Assembly (NCBI GenBank): GCA_051362555.1
Contig: CM120646.1
Coordinates: 17,112,001-17,176,000, forward strand
Reading direction: 5' to 3'
DNA length: 64,000 bases
From: Lingula anatina
Taxonomy: Eukaryota; Animalia; Brachiopoda
The position numbers and the translations under genes were made by a program. Below the pieces are notes generated by a model. That model saw only the letters and a list, made by a program, of their open reading frames with translations. It made no database searches and was not told the DNA's origin. Shown here one piece after another: positions 26,755 to 40,604 of the stretch. Numbering within the stretch: the stretch's first letter is position 1; every line of letters starts with the position of its first letter.

Positions 26755-27406
26755 CTGCAGTAAGAAGAGAAAGCCACCCAAGCCTTGTTAGTAGGCAAAG
26801 AATAAGGGGTATAAAATAAATTAAGCATCAAAACACGGAGATGGAGGAAAATGATGGAGAAGTGCACGTGCTGGCAGTGTTTGGCTAAGGAGGAGAGGAA
26901 GTTTGAAGATCAGTCATGCTTATTTGTATATCTGTCATTTGTCCATCCATCTGATCAGTCTGTTTTGAGATAAGTTTTACCTTCTCAGTCTGTATACATG
27001 TGTATGATAATGTTGTTCAATTCTAAAATACATAGTAGTTTCCACTTAATTTTGAACCTGACATGAAAGACCCTGACTTTGTGAGAAAGTGAGAAACAAA
27101 TTTTAAATGAAAGAGAATGGAAAAGTATCAAAAATGGAGAAACAAAACACTAATTTTGGGTACATGACCAAACATGTTCTCAGGCACAAAGTGCAACTTT
27201 GGTACGCCTCCTTTTTAGCGAAACACTGCATACGTGACAACACATGATTTTTGTACTCTCTCTCCCATTTTGTGAGTGTTGTCTAGTTTGTTTTTTAGTT
27301 GCTGTCAATCCAGGTAATGATAAAATGACTTTTTCTTGTCTAAGACAAAAAAATCTTAGATTTATCATACTACTAAAAATGACCTAAACAGAGACACCCC
27401 CCCCCC

Positions 27407-27454
<48 letters not shown>

Positions 27455-28445
27455 CTGCCCATCTGTGGACATCTTACCCCATGGATTTTCATTCTTTGGC
27501 TTCTGGCTTCAATGCATGTGCTTGACTTTCAAATGTTATCATAAAACAGAAAGTACCACAGCCACCAGAGCCAAAATGTCAATTATATTGATAATACACA
27601 TTCATTTTGTTGCAAATACAAGGTAGCATCCTATATGCCAAACGTGAATTCTAGAAAGATGCACGAAAGAGTTGTTGAAAACAAAATGCAAGCCTTACAC
27701 ATTTTCATGTTAGTTTTTCATCAGTAATTACCTTAAAATCCTATTTTCCAAACCCAACATTACAACACATTTCCCATCAAAATGTACATGACACCACTTT
27801 CCTTTATGGATGCAAAATTACCCACTCAAGACAATCAGTACTCAAACAGCAACAAAAACAACCCATACAACACTTACAAGCAATTGAACATAGATTTTTG
27901 ATCATTAAAGAAACGAGACAATTATTGGTAAGATAAGAAATTTCTGGCAAAACTATATAAATAAATAAATAAATGAAAAAATTCAAGGCAATGAAAATCT
28001 ACCACCATACAATCTACAGGTGTCTGCACAAAAATCTACATTATACCTTGAAGGTAAGTTAATTTAAAGATGTGATCAAAATGCTGCAGTTTTTTTTTTT
28101 TAAGTATAAACTTTCAGGATTAATGGTAATCGTATCAATAAGTCCCCCTCCTCCACATCTTTCTGTATGTCATAAAAAAAAGTTTTAAAACACACAACAC
28201 TCCTTATTTTCACTGTACTAATTTCATTAAAACAAAGCATCTGCCTTCATAAGTTCAAAAGAGCTTTTGCACTGGAGCTCTTATTCAGTGTGTTTGTGTG
28301 TGTGAGGGTATGCATGCATTCATGTGTGTGTGTGTGCATGCGTGCGTGTGCATGTGTGTGTGTGCACGCCTGTGTGTTTGAATGTTATTTCTACAATTTA
28401 TTAATAAAGTGCTATCATCAAGTTCTATATGAACACCCAGTATAC

Positions 28446-28586
28446 CTCTTCCAGAGTTATACACTTGTGTGCTCTGCACTTTAGCACTGTACGGCGAGGG
28501 GCGGGCTTCCTCTCTCATCATCGGGTCGTAATCGGCCAGGGAGCCAGGCTGGCGGCGGTAGGGCTGGTTTGCAGGCATTGGTTGCC
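28446..28586 (-). CDS. LASP1: LASP linker exon
   Basis: cttccag / gtatac; QPMPANQPYRRQPGSLADYDPMMREEARPSPYSAKVQSTQVYNSGR; 141 bp, phase 1-1. Confidence 0.88.
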
Positions 28587-28890
28587 CTGGAAGGGAGAGC
28601 AAATATGGTGGAATGAGGGTTGAGACTTTTCATGGTGTGGCATATTAGCAGATTAGCAAGGATGCATTGAGACCGCTCTAACATAATTTCAGATAATTCC
28701 ATTAAAAAAATAAAAATAAATGATTGAAATTTTGTCACAAATTTTGCATTTCAATACTGAGCATTATCAAATTTTGACTCCAAAGATATTTCTGAGCTGA
28801 CCTCTGAATAGCAATTTTGAGGACTAGATTGTAATTTTAGTATAAAAATGGGTGACTTCATCAATTAATATAGTACAATATCAAATGCCC

Positions 28891-29050
28891 AGTAGACTCC
28901 ACATAGCTCAATTTAACATTCATCTTAAATTTTGAAGAACAGACTTTTCTCTTTGGTATTGGCTAAAACTTAAGAATATTGCCAACTTTGAATTTCCATT
29001 TTGAACTAATTTTTCCGGTCCTAAAGAGTCCGAGCTATGTGGAGTCTACT
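28891..29050. mobile_element. Short MITE with 19-bp perfect TIR
   Basis: agtagactccacatagctc / gagctatgtggagtctact. Confidence 0.65.
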
Positions 29051-30774
29051 ATATTTGACCTCAATTGCCTTTCATCATGGAAGTGAAGTGTACGCAAGCT
29101 TTCCAAATGAGTACTGACATATAGACAAGTATGGTACTACTCCATATACCACATGCACTAGGGGGATAAAACTGTACGGAACTTTTCACATCGAGTGTTA
29201 TACTTAACTGGACCAGTACAATTCTACAGGGTTTTTACTTTGGACAGTGTTTCAGGTATTTACTAGTTCTTTACAAATCCCCTTCCTGCTGTAAATTTAT
29301 AAATTGGTTGTGTCGAGTGATAAGGCTCCGTTAGTGGTCTGGTCCAGTATAGTATACATATCGGTGCAAAAAGGGACGAATTTTCAGTTAAACTGCTTGT
29401 CATGACGAAATTTCAAAGCCTGAACATGCTTTTAACCATTACCCAAGGTCACAAACCCAAGTTCTACTCAAAATTTCTAAACTGACTGCATTCACATGAT
29501 GACATCCTTTCTGAGAATATAATATAGATGTTACTCTATCTTTTCAATGGAGGAAATTGTGAATTTTACAGATAACGTATTTAAAGTCATGATTTCTCAA
29601 AATTAGAACATTTCTTTTAAGTGGTAGCAACAACACTTAAAAGCAAGCTACTCTACAGTCCTGTTCTATGCATTAAAGCACCACAAATGCTTTATAGAAA
29701 TATAATTTTTGTGATTATGAAATTAAGTATCTTAAAGTTTGATTATTTTTTGCCCATTGAAAAGATTGAATAATTACTGTTATAGTTTTGCAATGCAGAT
29801 ATCATTATTAAAAGCTCCATCTAAAAAGAACCTGCTTTCGCAAATGGGTGAAAGAGATATAAAAACTTTTAAGACTTCAGCCAACGCCTTTTCATATCAT
29901 CTGAAACCAGCCATATCTAAGCAAGATTTGTGCATGACTTTAAGATATAAACATAAGTTTTTGGAAATAGATATCTGTACATTGTGTCAAGGTATTGCTG
30001 TTTTGCCAACGATAACAATTAATCAATAGTATATCATGTCCATTTTCATTATTAAGTTATGTGTTTCTTTAACTTGCAAATCTGTTAAGTCTGAATAATA
30101 ATAATAATAATAAAAATAATAATAATAATGAAAACAAAATAAAATTATAAAAGAACAGGGGTCATTTAAGGGATATGTGCATGCCAAGTTATTCTAAAAG
30201 TTGAATTTGGTAAACACAGAATGGGGACACACCAAAACAAAGCAGGCATCTTACATGAGACTGTTTGGAGAATTCAATTTAAGAATATGGATGATGTTTC
30301 AAAGAACATTAAAAAAAAAAAGTGGGCTTGTTATTTACATTCACTCAAAAGTTTTATACTGTTATTTCAGTTTTAAATTAATGCAACAGAGATAAGATCT
30401 ACCAATTATGTTTTTTATCTATTTCTAGCAAAATGGCCAAAATTTGTTTTACAAGACAGAGATGCAGAAATTTAAAATGCCTTTGGGAATTTCTCAGTCA
30501 TTCTACAACATTCATAAAAGAATAAATTTCAGATAGCATGCTATTCATCATCTTTCAAGAATTATTTATCAATAAAGAATACTGTTAGTAAATATTCCAT
30601 TTCCACTGTAACGTAAATCAACACCCACCACAAATATTTATTTATATACATTTTCCATTCATTTGAAAGGACTATTTTCAGCACAGATTGCAATTATATC
30701 ATTTTTTTCAAATAATAGAAAAAAACATTGGTTTCAACAAAACTTGTCAATCTATACATGTATATCCATTAAGA

Positions 30775-31030
30775 GGTCATTCTGAAAAAGTTGTTCTGCC
30801 AACTAACAGATCCGTGGATCAAATATGGCTAACCCACTCATCTGGTCTCCCCGCCTCCCCACATGCCATTAAACGAATTAAATCACATCTGTAAGGTTTA
30901 ATTGTTAGACACCTGCAGGGATGGGGTGCAGGGACACCATTAGCGGATTAGCCAGCTGTGCTTTAATGTGGGTCAGCCATATTTGATCCACAGATCAATT
31001 AGTCCTCGGATCAACTAATTCAGAATGCCC
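30775..31030. mobile_element. Degenerate palindromic MITE
   Basis: cattctgaa...gtggatcaaatatggctaacccac vs gtgggtcagccatatttgatccac...ttcagaatg. Confidence 0.6.
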
Positions 31031-31096
31031 TCTAAGCTGGAACTATGTTCATGGTGGTATATTATAAGTTGTGTAATAACTAAAAAGTGTCCCTAC

Positions 31097-31144
31097 TGTC
31101 TTGTGGTGCATATCCTGGAGGCGGGGCAGAACCAACATCATACT
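31097..31144 (-). CDS. LASP1: LASP 48-bp linker exon
   Basis: tgttacag / gtaggg; (E)YDVGSAPPPGYAPQD; phase 1-1. Confidence 0.7.
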
Positions 31145-32625
31145 CTGTAACAAAGACGGAAGGGGATCATCAACGGAAAAGGGGGTGGAAGAAGGTTGGG
31201 AGAATGGGAGGAGAGAGAAAGAGAGAGAGATGTGAGAGAGAGGGAGAGGTGCAAAGAAAGGTGAATCCAACCACAATTATGAACATTCTCCCTTACAATC
31301 ACAGATGCGCACATACGTGCGCGCGTGCGCGCACGCACACACACACAGTCAAACAATTGTGGCCCTTGATAATAATAACAAAACTGAAATAAATAAGATG
31401 AATAAAAATCTAGTTGTACTAACAAAAGGAAAGGAAAGGGACAAAACATAAAATACCTATAATATAACAACCAAAATAAGACAAATGAAGTTTTTAGATA
31501 AATCAAATTTTATCAATTTGAATAAACATTTCTATCCATGTCTCATTTGATGTTATTTCACTAGACATTTTTATTTCCATAAGTGTGACTAAAACATTTA
31601 TATCACAATTAACTAAGACTCTTCTTATTCAATGTTTGATCAATTAACTGAATTTATGTCTGATTAATGAGAAAGCCAAACTAACACTGTTCAGTTTAAA
31701 GACACTCATAGCTTTCAGATAGAAATAAAGCCAACTATTTTCATAATCAATATCATTTTATCAATATTGCTAATCAAACAAATGATTGTATAATATTTTT
31801 TACTCATTCAATTTTTTTTTTAAATTATTTTCTTGATCAGTGTAAGAAGAAAATGCTCTAGCCCTAAATCTATATGTATACACTAGGTATTTTAGTTGCA
31901 GAATTCATCCATTCTGGATTCCTAAACCAAGAAATATCAATTATCCAGACCATATATAAGAATATGCTTTGGGTTCGTAGAAGGCAGTAAATTAAAATAT
32001 AACATTTGAATTATAGGCTGTGATATTAATCTTAAGTCTACTTGATATGGCTTCTAAGTTGGATAGTTTCAGAAAACCTTGAAAGCCAAGATCAAAGCAA
32101 GAATAAAATGTTACTTTTCTAAGAATATGGCAAAGTAGAAAAACAGAGATTAAAGCAAGAGGAATGCATTCTCTGGCATTTAATACCCAATATATTACGT
32201 GGGCCTCATACAAGTACTGTAATCATTGGTGAAAACTGAAGTGCATATACTTCTTATCTGCTTTAAAGAGTAAAGCAAGCAGTATATCCATCCTCTCCCA
32301 TTCAGATGCATGCAACAGATCATTATTATCACACATTAAATAATGCATCATGGGATATCATTTAAAATAAAGGAAATCTCTTGAACAACTGAGTTATGGA
32401 AAGAGTGCAATTTATGGAGAACAAAACCATTCAAGGTTTACAATTTGCTGAGAGGCAAATAAAGTAATCGTGACAAAGTAATCATAATTATGGGATTCCT
32501 CTCCTGGTTGGGAAATTGGAAAAGTTAAATAAATTTAACAAACTAGGTTTCCATTGGGCAGCAAAAAACCTTGACCAATAACAAAGCAAAGGTGGGCACT
32601 ATATCTAAGAAGGTTGTCAATTTAC

Positions 32626-32791
32626 CCTGGTCAGGACGCCTCTGTTCCATCTCTGCCTTCCTCTCCAATTCCCCATGATAAGCCACGTTACTGATGTTCT
32701 GGGATAACTTCTTCACGCGAAGGTTCTCTGGATCGTCTGCCACAGATATTTTGCTTCCCTTCTGCTTTTCGAAATCTTGATGGTACTTGAT
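32626..32791 (-). CDS. LASP1: LASP nebulin-repeat exon
   Basis: IKYHQDFEKQKGSKISVADDPENLRVKKLSQNISNVAYHGELERKAEMEQRRPDQ with SxxxY nebulin motifs; ttctag / gtaaat. Confidence 0.93.
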
Positions 32792-33936
32792 CTAGAAATG
32801 ATTACACCATGACTTATTCCCATGACCCAATAGTTCAAATGAGGGAAATGTATCTAAGCTAAGTAGGATGTATCTCAGTTATATGGCTTTTTAGTTCAAT
32901 TATCTCACATACTCTGACATTTTGCCTTTGTCAAATTCCTGCCCCCCCTCCCCCTTTAACAGAGATTTAATAGAAAGGTCAGTGCCAACTGCAGCACAAC
33001 TGACACAATTAAGCAAATATCGATTGAGCCAGTTTCAGAGAGGATATATAGTTTCACTAATGGCATACCAATTCTTTAAAATGCATTCCACTTATCTGAA
33101 TTGCTGGAAAACTTTGGTTTTTGTATTGATCTGTGTTGTTATTACATTGGTTTAACAATCAAATTTACAAGTCAGCAGATGAGGCAGAAAATTCTAAAAA
33201 AATCTGTCAAGAATTGGTATATATTTGGTGTGTGGGCATTGCCTTTTTGATTAAACATAAATGCCTGTTATTAAAACAGCAAATTTCACTACCTAAAAAT
33301 GAATATAAATAAATAATTTTACAAAAATCTTTAAATGTTTTTACAGCTAAAAAACATGACAAATTCCTTTAATGGACATCTTTTATTGCCTGCTTTTACT
33401 GCATCAGTTTAGTGCCTTCACTATATAAAACAAAATGAACTGAATCAATTTGTATCTAAAGCACACTGGAGTTAATGTATATTAGTAAATTGTTTTTCTG
33501 TCTAATCATTTTAGACATGAAAAGACACCTTTAGGTTCAGGCAATAGGACAGAACTGGTTTAATGTAGGACCAAGGCCAGTTATGAGACACCACATTACT
33601 AATTGTGCTGATGCCCTTCCATGAAAGAATCTATGGTCAGAGGTGACTTCTACTTTGAGACCACAAGTTGTGACCTACTTTTATCCAGAAAAAAATAAGC
33701 AACAGACTTGTTAATTATTTTTTTTAAATATGGATAAAACATGAATGTTTTCTTAACTCTTATAAAACAGATACAGATATCTCAATTTGAGAACATTATT
33801 TCAGTTTTAACCTTGGCCAAGGAAGAGAAAAAGTTAAGACCAACTTTTGGGAAATAGATATTTTGTCCCCCCACCCCCAATGCCCTTGTCCTGGTTATTG
33901 TCTAGCTGTACTCTGCTTGTTTCTCTAAGTACTTAC

Positions 33937-34021
33937 ATTACTCTGTACTTGTGTGTTCTTTGCTATTCTTCTGTTTTCTGGTGTATCTGCTACCGCTGTG
34001 AATTTGGTGGTGGGATAATGG
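33937..34021 (-). CDS. LASP1: LASP exon (LIM end / first nebulin repeat)
   Basis: HYPTTKFTAVADTPENRRIAKNTQVQSN; 85 bp; cttcag / gtaagt. Confidence 0.93.
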
Positions 34022-35505
34022 CTGAAGATGACCAGGCAAAAAATAATTATTAATATGAAATGTTTATTTACCTAACATTTGTTGTTTGTACCAGGAATAT
34101 GTTAACTGCATAACAAAATCTCCTGGAAACTGGGAATTCCAGATGCAGGAAAGAACTTCTAAGAACAAGTCAAAATGGCAAGAAAAGGTAGTCCTTAATG
34201 TATTATAAAAGAAATCTCTTGGCAGAGAGAACTACATCAGGAGCAGGTAGTTTAGCAGGTGCTTGATCTGCAGCCTGTGAATCCCCTGGATCTGTGGCTT
34301 GGTCAGACTAAACTGCCTTGAAATTAAGGAATCATTCTCAAAATTTTACAATGCTGATTATTACACAAAACTCAAATAATGTGGGCCTATTGTTCATAGG
34401 TTTGTTATAAATAGCAATAGACTAAAGTGATGCCTTTCACAGTTTCATGCAACGTGAAGGAGTGACAGGGAGCAAAGAAAAACAGCTATCTTGACCTAGC
34501 ATTTTGTTATTATAGAGGATGGGTAAGACATTAAACAGGTTCTGTCAACTTGTATTTTACACGTACCACATTCGTTAAAAAATGTATACATTAGAAAGGT
34601 TCATAATTTCAAGTGCTCAACATTCTTAAATTCTGCATCCATGATATCCTCTTTCAAGTAATGATTATAATTGGTTCAAGGTCAGCAAGAAAAAGCAAAA
34701 TCCACCATTTTAGCGCACAGGGGTACACATTCTTGTTGTTTTACTAAGCAATCATTCACGGAGCAGGTTATTCTGCAAAGTTGTATTTCCAGTCAAGCTA
34801 GATCAGCCTTATTCTATTTTTATTCTGTGCGGGTAACCTCAACAGGCTACCTGATTGTAATAAGCTAAACATAGGAAGTCAATCTAAGGACAAATGGCTA
34901 GAATCTCTATTGCAATGGGCAATAAAAGGATTAGATATACTTGCTAGGGTGAGGTAATGGTAAACTGACAGCCAGCTAATGCAATGCTAGGCTAGGTCTA
35001 CCCAATTAGGAAGGAAATACGACTAATCTCAGTTTGGGCTAAGGCTGGTTATAGCCAGGTTTTGCCTTTATAACCTCCATAATGTCTGTATCTTAACCTA
35101 GATGGATGTACACAAAATCCCAGGACTAAATACGCTGCCAGCTTTTTAACATAACAATGTGGTAATAATGATGATCATGAGTATCTTAAAATGACTCTTA
35201 ACCACTGGCTGTAAATGCCAAGTGGCAGGTCACTTAATATCACTGGTAAAATATGTGCTTCAAGGCTTCACAGGCGGAATGCAGGCTGGATTCCTTTTGT
35301 GTTAACCTTGGAAAACAAATATTTAAGGACATGGGTCAAGACTGAAGCAAAACTGGATAAAACCTGCCGTATTAAAATATTGACTAGAGTGACCAGGTTT
35401 ATATGTTTTAATAGCATATTTTCAAATAAATTAAATAATAATATCGATAATGTCTTAATTCTTTTCTAAAAAAAGTTTTAGCAAATAAGTAAAAACAACA
35501 CTCAC

Positions 35506-35600
35506 GTATTGCAATATGGCCTCTTGTCATAACCTTTGTAGTTCTTCATATTCAATGTCATATTGCAAACCTCACACTTAAAACACATCTTATGCCAGAC
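35506..35600 (-). CDS. LASP1: LASP LIM-domain exon
   Basis: [32 protein letters not shown]; 95 bp; ttctag / gtgagt. Confidence 0.95.
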
Positions 35601-38600
35601 CTAGAAAGAAAAAAATAATATTTATATTTATCAATTATATATAGTTTTCTTATTTTTTCTCCAACAAAACTAACATACAAACAGCAATACACAGTATACA
35701 ATCAGGCAAAAAAAGTGAATATTTGGAAAAATGTTCCAAATGATTTGTTGACATGCTAAGTCTTAATTTCAAGTTAACTTTCACAATTACATTCATTAAT
35801 AGCATACTATACATGCTGCCATTTTTCAGTATAACTTTCAGTGAGAAAAAAAAATCAAAAGAGCATATCATCCAAGATTTTTTTTCTCTTAGGATCTTAT
35901 CCGAACATCAGTGATTAATTAAATCAGAGAAGTGATGAGGACCCATGTTTTGATACCCCTTCTTCCCCTCTATCAGTTATATAAAATGATCACAACTAAT
36001 CAGCTGTAAGACAAATATTACAAGTTAGGGAAAACAAGCATGTGTTTTGTGTTTTTACAAATTACTGTTACCCAAATTGTAACAAGAGGATATTGTATTA
36101 GGTGCTAGGTAAACAGAGAAAACGAATCAAATATCATATATTAAAGAATATATAAGACATAAACAGCATTATACAGCATGTTGAGACACACTTTTAAGTT
36201 TATGACTTAGTTTAAACCAAATGGTTCAAAACAGGGAAAAGTCATAAGTCTCATTTACACACTGTGGATTGGGGCACACAGTTCAAACCACGAGGTAAAG
36301 AGTGGATCTCCAAAATTCAACATGTCTGACCCTGAAAATTATAAAAGTTCATCTCTCAAAATAGACAACCAAATTCCATCTAGGTTGAACTTGAAATTAA
36401 AAAAATCAAAGTTGGGGTGTCTGTAAACCTTTAAACTCCCGTGCCAGAGAACTACTGTACTAGTATACTCATTTATGGATCCAAAATGTCACATTGGAAA
36501 TGATGAACATGGATTCCAGTGAGGAGCACAGACTATGTGAGAAGAACTGAAAATACTCAGTTTCAGGGCCCAATGCCTGTGTTTTAGAAGTAACAAATGG
36601 ATATAAAATGCAAAGTAAATTACTTTACCTGAGATGAGTACCTTGAAATACCTGGCAAAAGCACCTGGATTACCCTGTGGACCACACTCACTGCCAGATT
36701 AACTATGACCAGAAAAAGTCGAATTGACATGAACAGAGCATGATGCGGTTTCAGCAAAACTTTTGGGTATTCTTGATACTCGCCATAAGAAAGAAACCCC
36801 CTTTCTTTTTTAATCATAGCAATAACTTATGACTTAAGAAATGCAAAAAAATCAAGAAAAGTGTACGGCAACACCAATGGCAACTCAACTGTGAAAACAG
36901 ATGTGGTTGATGGCTTTGTGTACAGACACTTTGCGTCTGACCATAAAAAATTCACTGTGGATCAAAACTGATCCTGAGTTGTACATGTAACTTGGAAACA
37001 CTGTGACTGTGGTATTCAGGGCAGTAGTGTAGGTTCTATTTCTGTAGCCCATTAAGGTACTGTGTTACCTGGAAAAACACCCTGCATACATGATACCACC
37101 GTTATGTTTCTACAGGGAAAAGATACCCAGAATCTCCAAGATGCATCTAAAACCTGTTACAAGGCAATCTCTATTTTAGCCTGCAGTAAGTTGGACATTC
37201 GCTGTGCCTTTACAGAATTACAACAAATTCGCTGTGATCTTGGGACCTCACAAGTTTCAGCTACAGATTTAATAGAATATAATCAATGTTGTGTCTGCAA
37301 AACAACATACTGACTTCAGTCATAGTCAGTAATTATATACTAAACTTAAAAACTAAAACTCAGTTACTAGTAAACAATTTGAAATTCACTCAAGAAAAGC
37401 ATACCAGTAAAAGAGTTTAAAGGACACCCCCTCTGAAATTTCCTTTGTATTAGGACATTTTATACACATCCTAGTGACAACATTCTAAATTTCTTAACTC
37501 TTGAAACTGGAAAAGGACACACTCTCAGGCTGCTCACCACCGTGTGTTCAGTATTTTTACTGACGATAAGTGAATTCAAAGGGGCTGAAATGGGTACTAA
37601 TGGAAAGGTTAAACAGAGCTAAGGTGAGCTGTAAAATGAACTACCAACACCTTGTGTGCATCTGCCTCACGCCACCTTTAAAATTTCCAAAAACATTACC
37701 TCATTTCATTTTTTCCTAAAAAATTGTTATGTGTGTAACTGTTTGTTTTGATACAATACCTCTCTGATATTCTTCAGTAAACACCTATAAAATTCACTGT
37801 AGACCATTGTGTTAGCTCAATTTAATCTATTTTGGGTATTATAACTCTGCCTCCACCCTTTTCAGCCCATGATGCCCTCCTTTCTAAATCTGCCTTTTAC
37901 CATAGGTGTGCATTCCTGCACATTAGTTTTCCAAAATGTTTCATCTGCCTCCCATAAAATTTCACGTAAAAGAATGTTTTCATAGTGTGGAATCTGTAAA
38001 CTGCCCAAATAAATTGCCCAACAGATAAGAACTAGCCAGGAAGGTTGAGAACAATCTCTACCAGTTATGGCACATTTTACTAATGAGAAAGACCAATGCA
38101 ACATTTACATTAACAAACTGGCAAATCTTATGGTGAAATCCTGGTGTGGTCCAACTGGTATTTAGTAAGTTCAGAAAAAGCGGATATCCTACATGTCTCC
38201 AGGTGGGCTGACTTTTTTTCCAGGAATATATCTCACGCAGAGGATAGCACATGCTTTCGTAATCCATAAAAAAGATAAAATGGTAAGCAGGCATACTGAT
38301 ATAAAACTTGTGTAAACCAGGAGCATGTCCATTTTTTTTTCTTCGTGTAAACCCCCTTCAATATTGTCCTCTATGGAATTTCTTGCCCTTGCCAGAGGAT
38401 AAGGATCTCTTAACACACTATAAAGCACTTTGCAATTCTCAATCATAACTAAATACAAAGAAATCTGTCACCCTACTGCTGTTAGACATTTTCATTGCTC
38501 AACGATGATTTGATAACATTTATGGACATGTTCACAATTCTAGCAAGCTGCTAGTAACATAATAACAAGAGCTCTTTGCTCATTCTGCTTCCGGACATTC

Positions 38601-40000
38601 AAATTGCTCTAAGACGATTACTTTCCACACTGGGAACCACATTAACTTGCAGAGAGCACACCCTATCACCAGACAGTCAAAACATTTATCTTACTTAGAT
38701 ACAAAATTTTCTGCTCTAAAGACATTTCCAAATGGTCAGTTCACTATGAAAAAGTCTGAACTTTCATGTGTGCTAGGTCCATCAGTTTTACTGACCCATG
38801 CTGACCTAACAACTTTCATATCAGGAGAATCAATTTTTCTAAAGACCAGTCTTATTGAAGGAGGGATGTGCTTCCACAAATAATTTGCAGATATCCAATG
38901 AGATCAAGAAAATTAATTTCAGTCCAACACCTTGACTTTCATTGATACTCTAAATCAGGTTTTTCTTTTCAAAGTTACTGGTTTGGTCAGACTGGCCGAA
39001 ACTTTATTGAAGATGAATTTTTCTTGTGCAGACTGCTTAAAGGATATACCCGAAAGGATATGCCCCCTTATGAGATTTCACTAGATTCTAAATAGATTTA
39101 TATCCCACATGAAGATAGAACCATCAATAGAACGTTTTATTCACATCACAGACTTACAATCAAGCACCTGCTCCCCAAAGGTTCAACTGAATTCATTTTG
39201 CCAAAACCCTTCTAACCACAGCCCTAGGTCATAATGGATCAAATGAGTTCAAAAATGTTCAACTTGAGAATATCACCGAGGTCAGTTGACTTCTGGCTTT
39301 GGTCAGACTCCTCTTGGTATGAGAATGGACGATAACAGCTATGAGTTCACTCTAAGGTAAACTTTCTTCCAGCCATATACACGTCTTAGGGTCCTGTTTC
39401 ACAACCTGATTCAGTTTTAGCAAAGGTTGCTACGGATCTTAGCAAACTAACTTGCATTTCACAAAGAATTAATGATAAATTGGACAAAAAATAATTTCAC
39501 ATTCCCACATATCTCCAGAGTAATTAGAACATAATTAGAATTTGACTCAAATTTTGACTATGCCGATGTGATCCCAGCAGGAATATCATCTGAAGAGGAC
39601 TCGGGCTGATTTGTAGCGACACTTACAACTTCATTCCCATTATCCCTACACCATTCAGGGGTCAATTCCACCGGCCTTCCTGGTGTTATTTTTCACCAAA
39701 AAGGATCATAAAACCCAAACCTATATTACCCAACACAGTTGCTGATCACTGAAGCTTGCCATCAATTTAAAGAAGACACCTCACAATGATGTGCTCTGAC
39801 AATAACAACCCGCCCCCGTTGATATGTAAACACTGTGCTTACTGGTGCCCCTCAAATCATTCAATTACCTTGAGAAAAAAATCAGACATTTCAGTTTCAC
39901 GCAGGAGTGAGAAGGGTCGAAGAGAAAACTCAGCCAATTCAAATTCATACAAGAGGAAGAGGTTAAAGAGAAATGCAAACTTCAATTTTCAGAGGGAATG

Positions 40001-40001
<1 letters not shown>

Positions 40002-40077
<76 letters not shown>
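40002..40077. repeat. Compound (TG)n(AG)n microsatellite
   Basis: Direct reading; lies about 20 nt into the intron after the first LASP coding exon. Confidence 0.95.
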
Positions 40078-40095
40078 GAATGACCCTTGACTCAC

Positions 40096-40167
40096 TTTGT
40101 CTAAACATTTCAACTCCTCAGTGGGATACACCGTCTTCCCACACTTTCCACAGTTCTTGATCGGCAT
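40096..40167 (-). CDS. LASP1: LASP first coding exon (exon starts about 40204 with UTR)
   Basis: MPIKNCGKCGKTVYPTEELKCLDK, LASP N-terminal LIM; donor gtgagt; acceptor tttttccag at 40205. Confidence 0.95.
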
Positions 40168-40383
40168 CTTGTTGTTACGAGACCCCTAGATACTAGAAGG
40201 ACACCTGGAAAAAGATAAAAAATAGAAAACAATATTATGATAAACATTTAATTAGTAGTTAGTAGTAAATTTAAACCTGACTGGTTCATGCAACCAACTA
40301 TAAATTCCAAATATGACTCGCATGACCTGGAATTGATCGAAAAAGAGGGGGAATCTTCTGCACTAGGATACTTGGTTTTATAA

Positions 40384-40604
40384 GATCGCATTCACAACGA
40401 GTTGAGCCAGGCTTTACAAATCCTGGGGACTAAATATGGCGGTCGTACATAAAAGAAAACCGCCTAATCTTTTAATAGTCTCTCCGCCTCTCACACGACT
40501 CCCTACACGTCGTCCCTGCGGGGGGACAGTCATTAAATCTCGGCTCCATTGGGATGACATATTAGGATTTGTAAAGCCTGGCTCAACTCGTTGTGAATGC
40601 GATC
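40384..40604. mobile_element. Internally deleted relative of the MITE at 2871
   Basis: Shares cctaatcttttaatagtctctccgcctctcacacg and cagtcattaaatctcggctccattggg; TIR gatcgcattcacaacgagttgagcc. Confidence 0.8.

Noticed and set aside
34210-34320. Exon-like GC-richer patch in a LASP intron
   Set aside because: In-frame stops and no phase-compatible splice sites; flanking exons already join in frame
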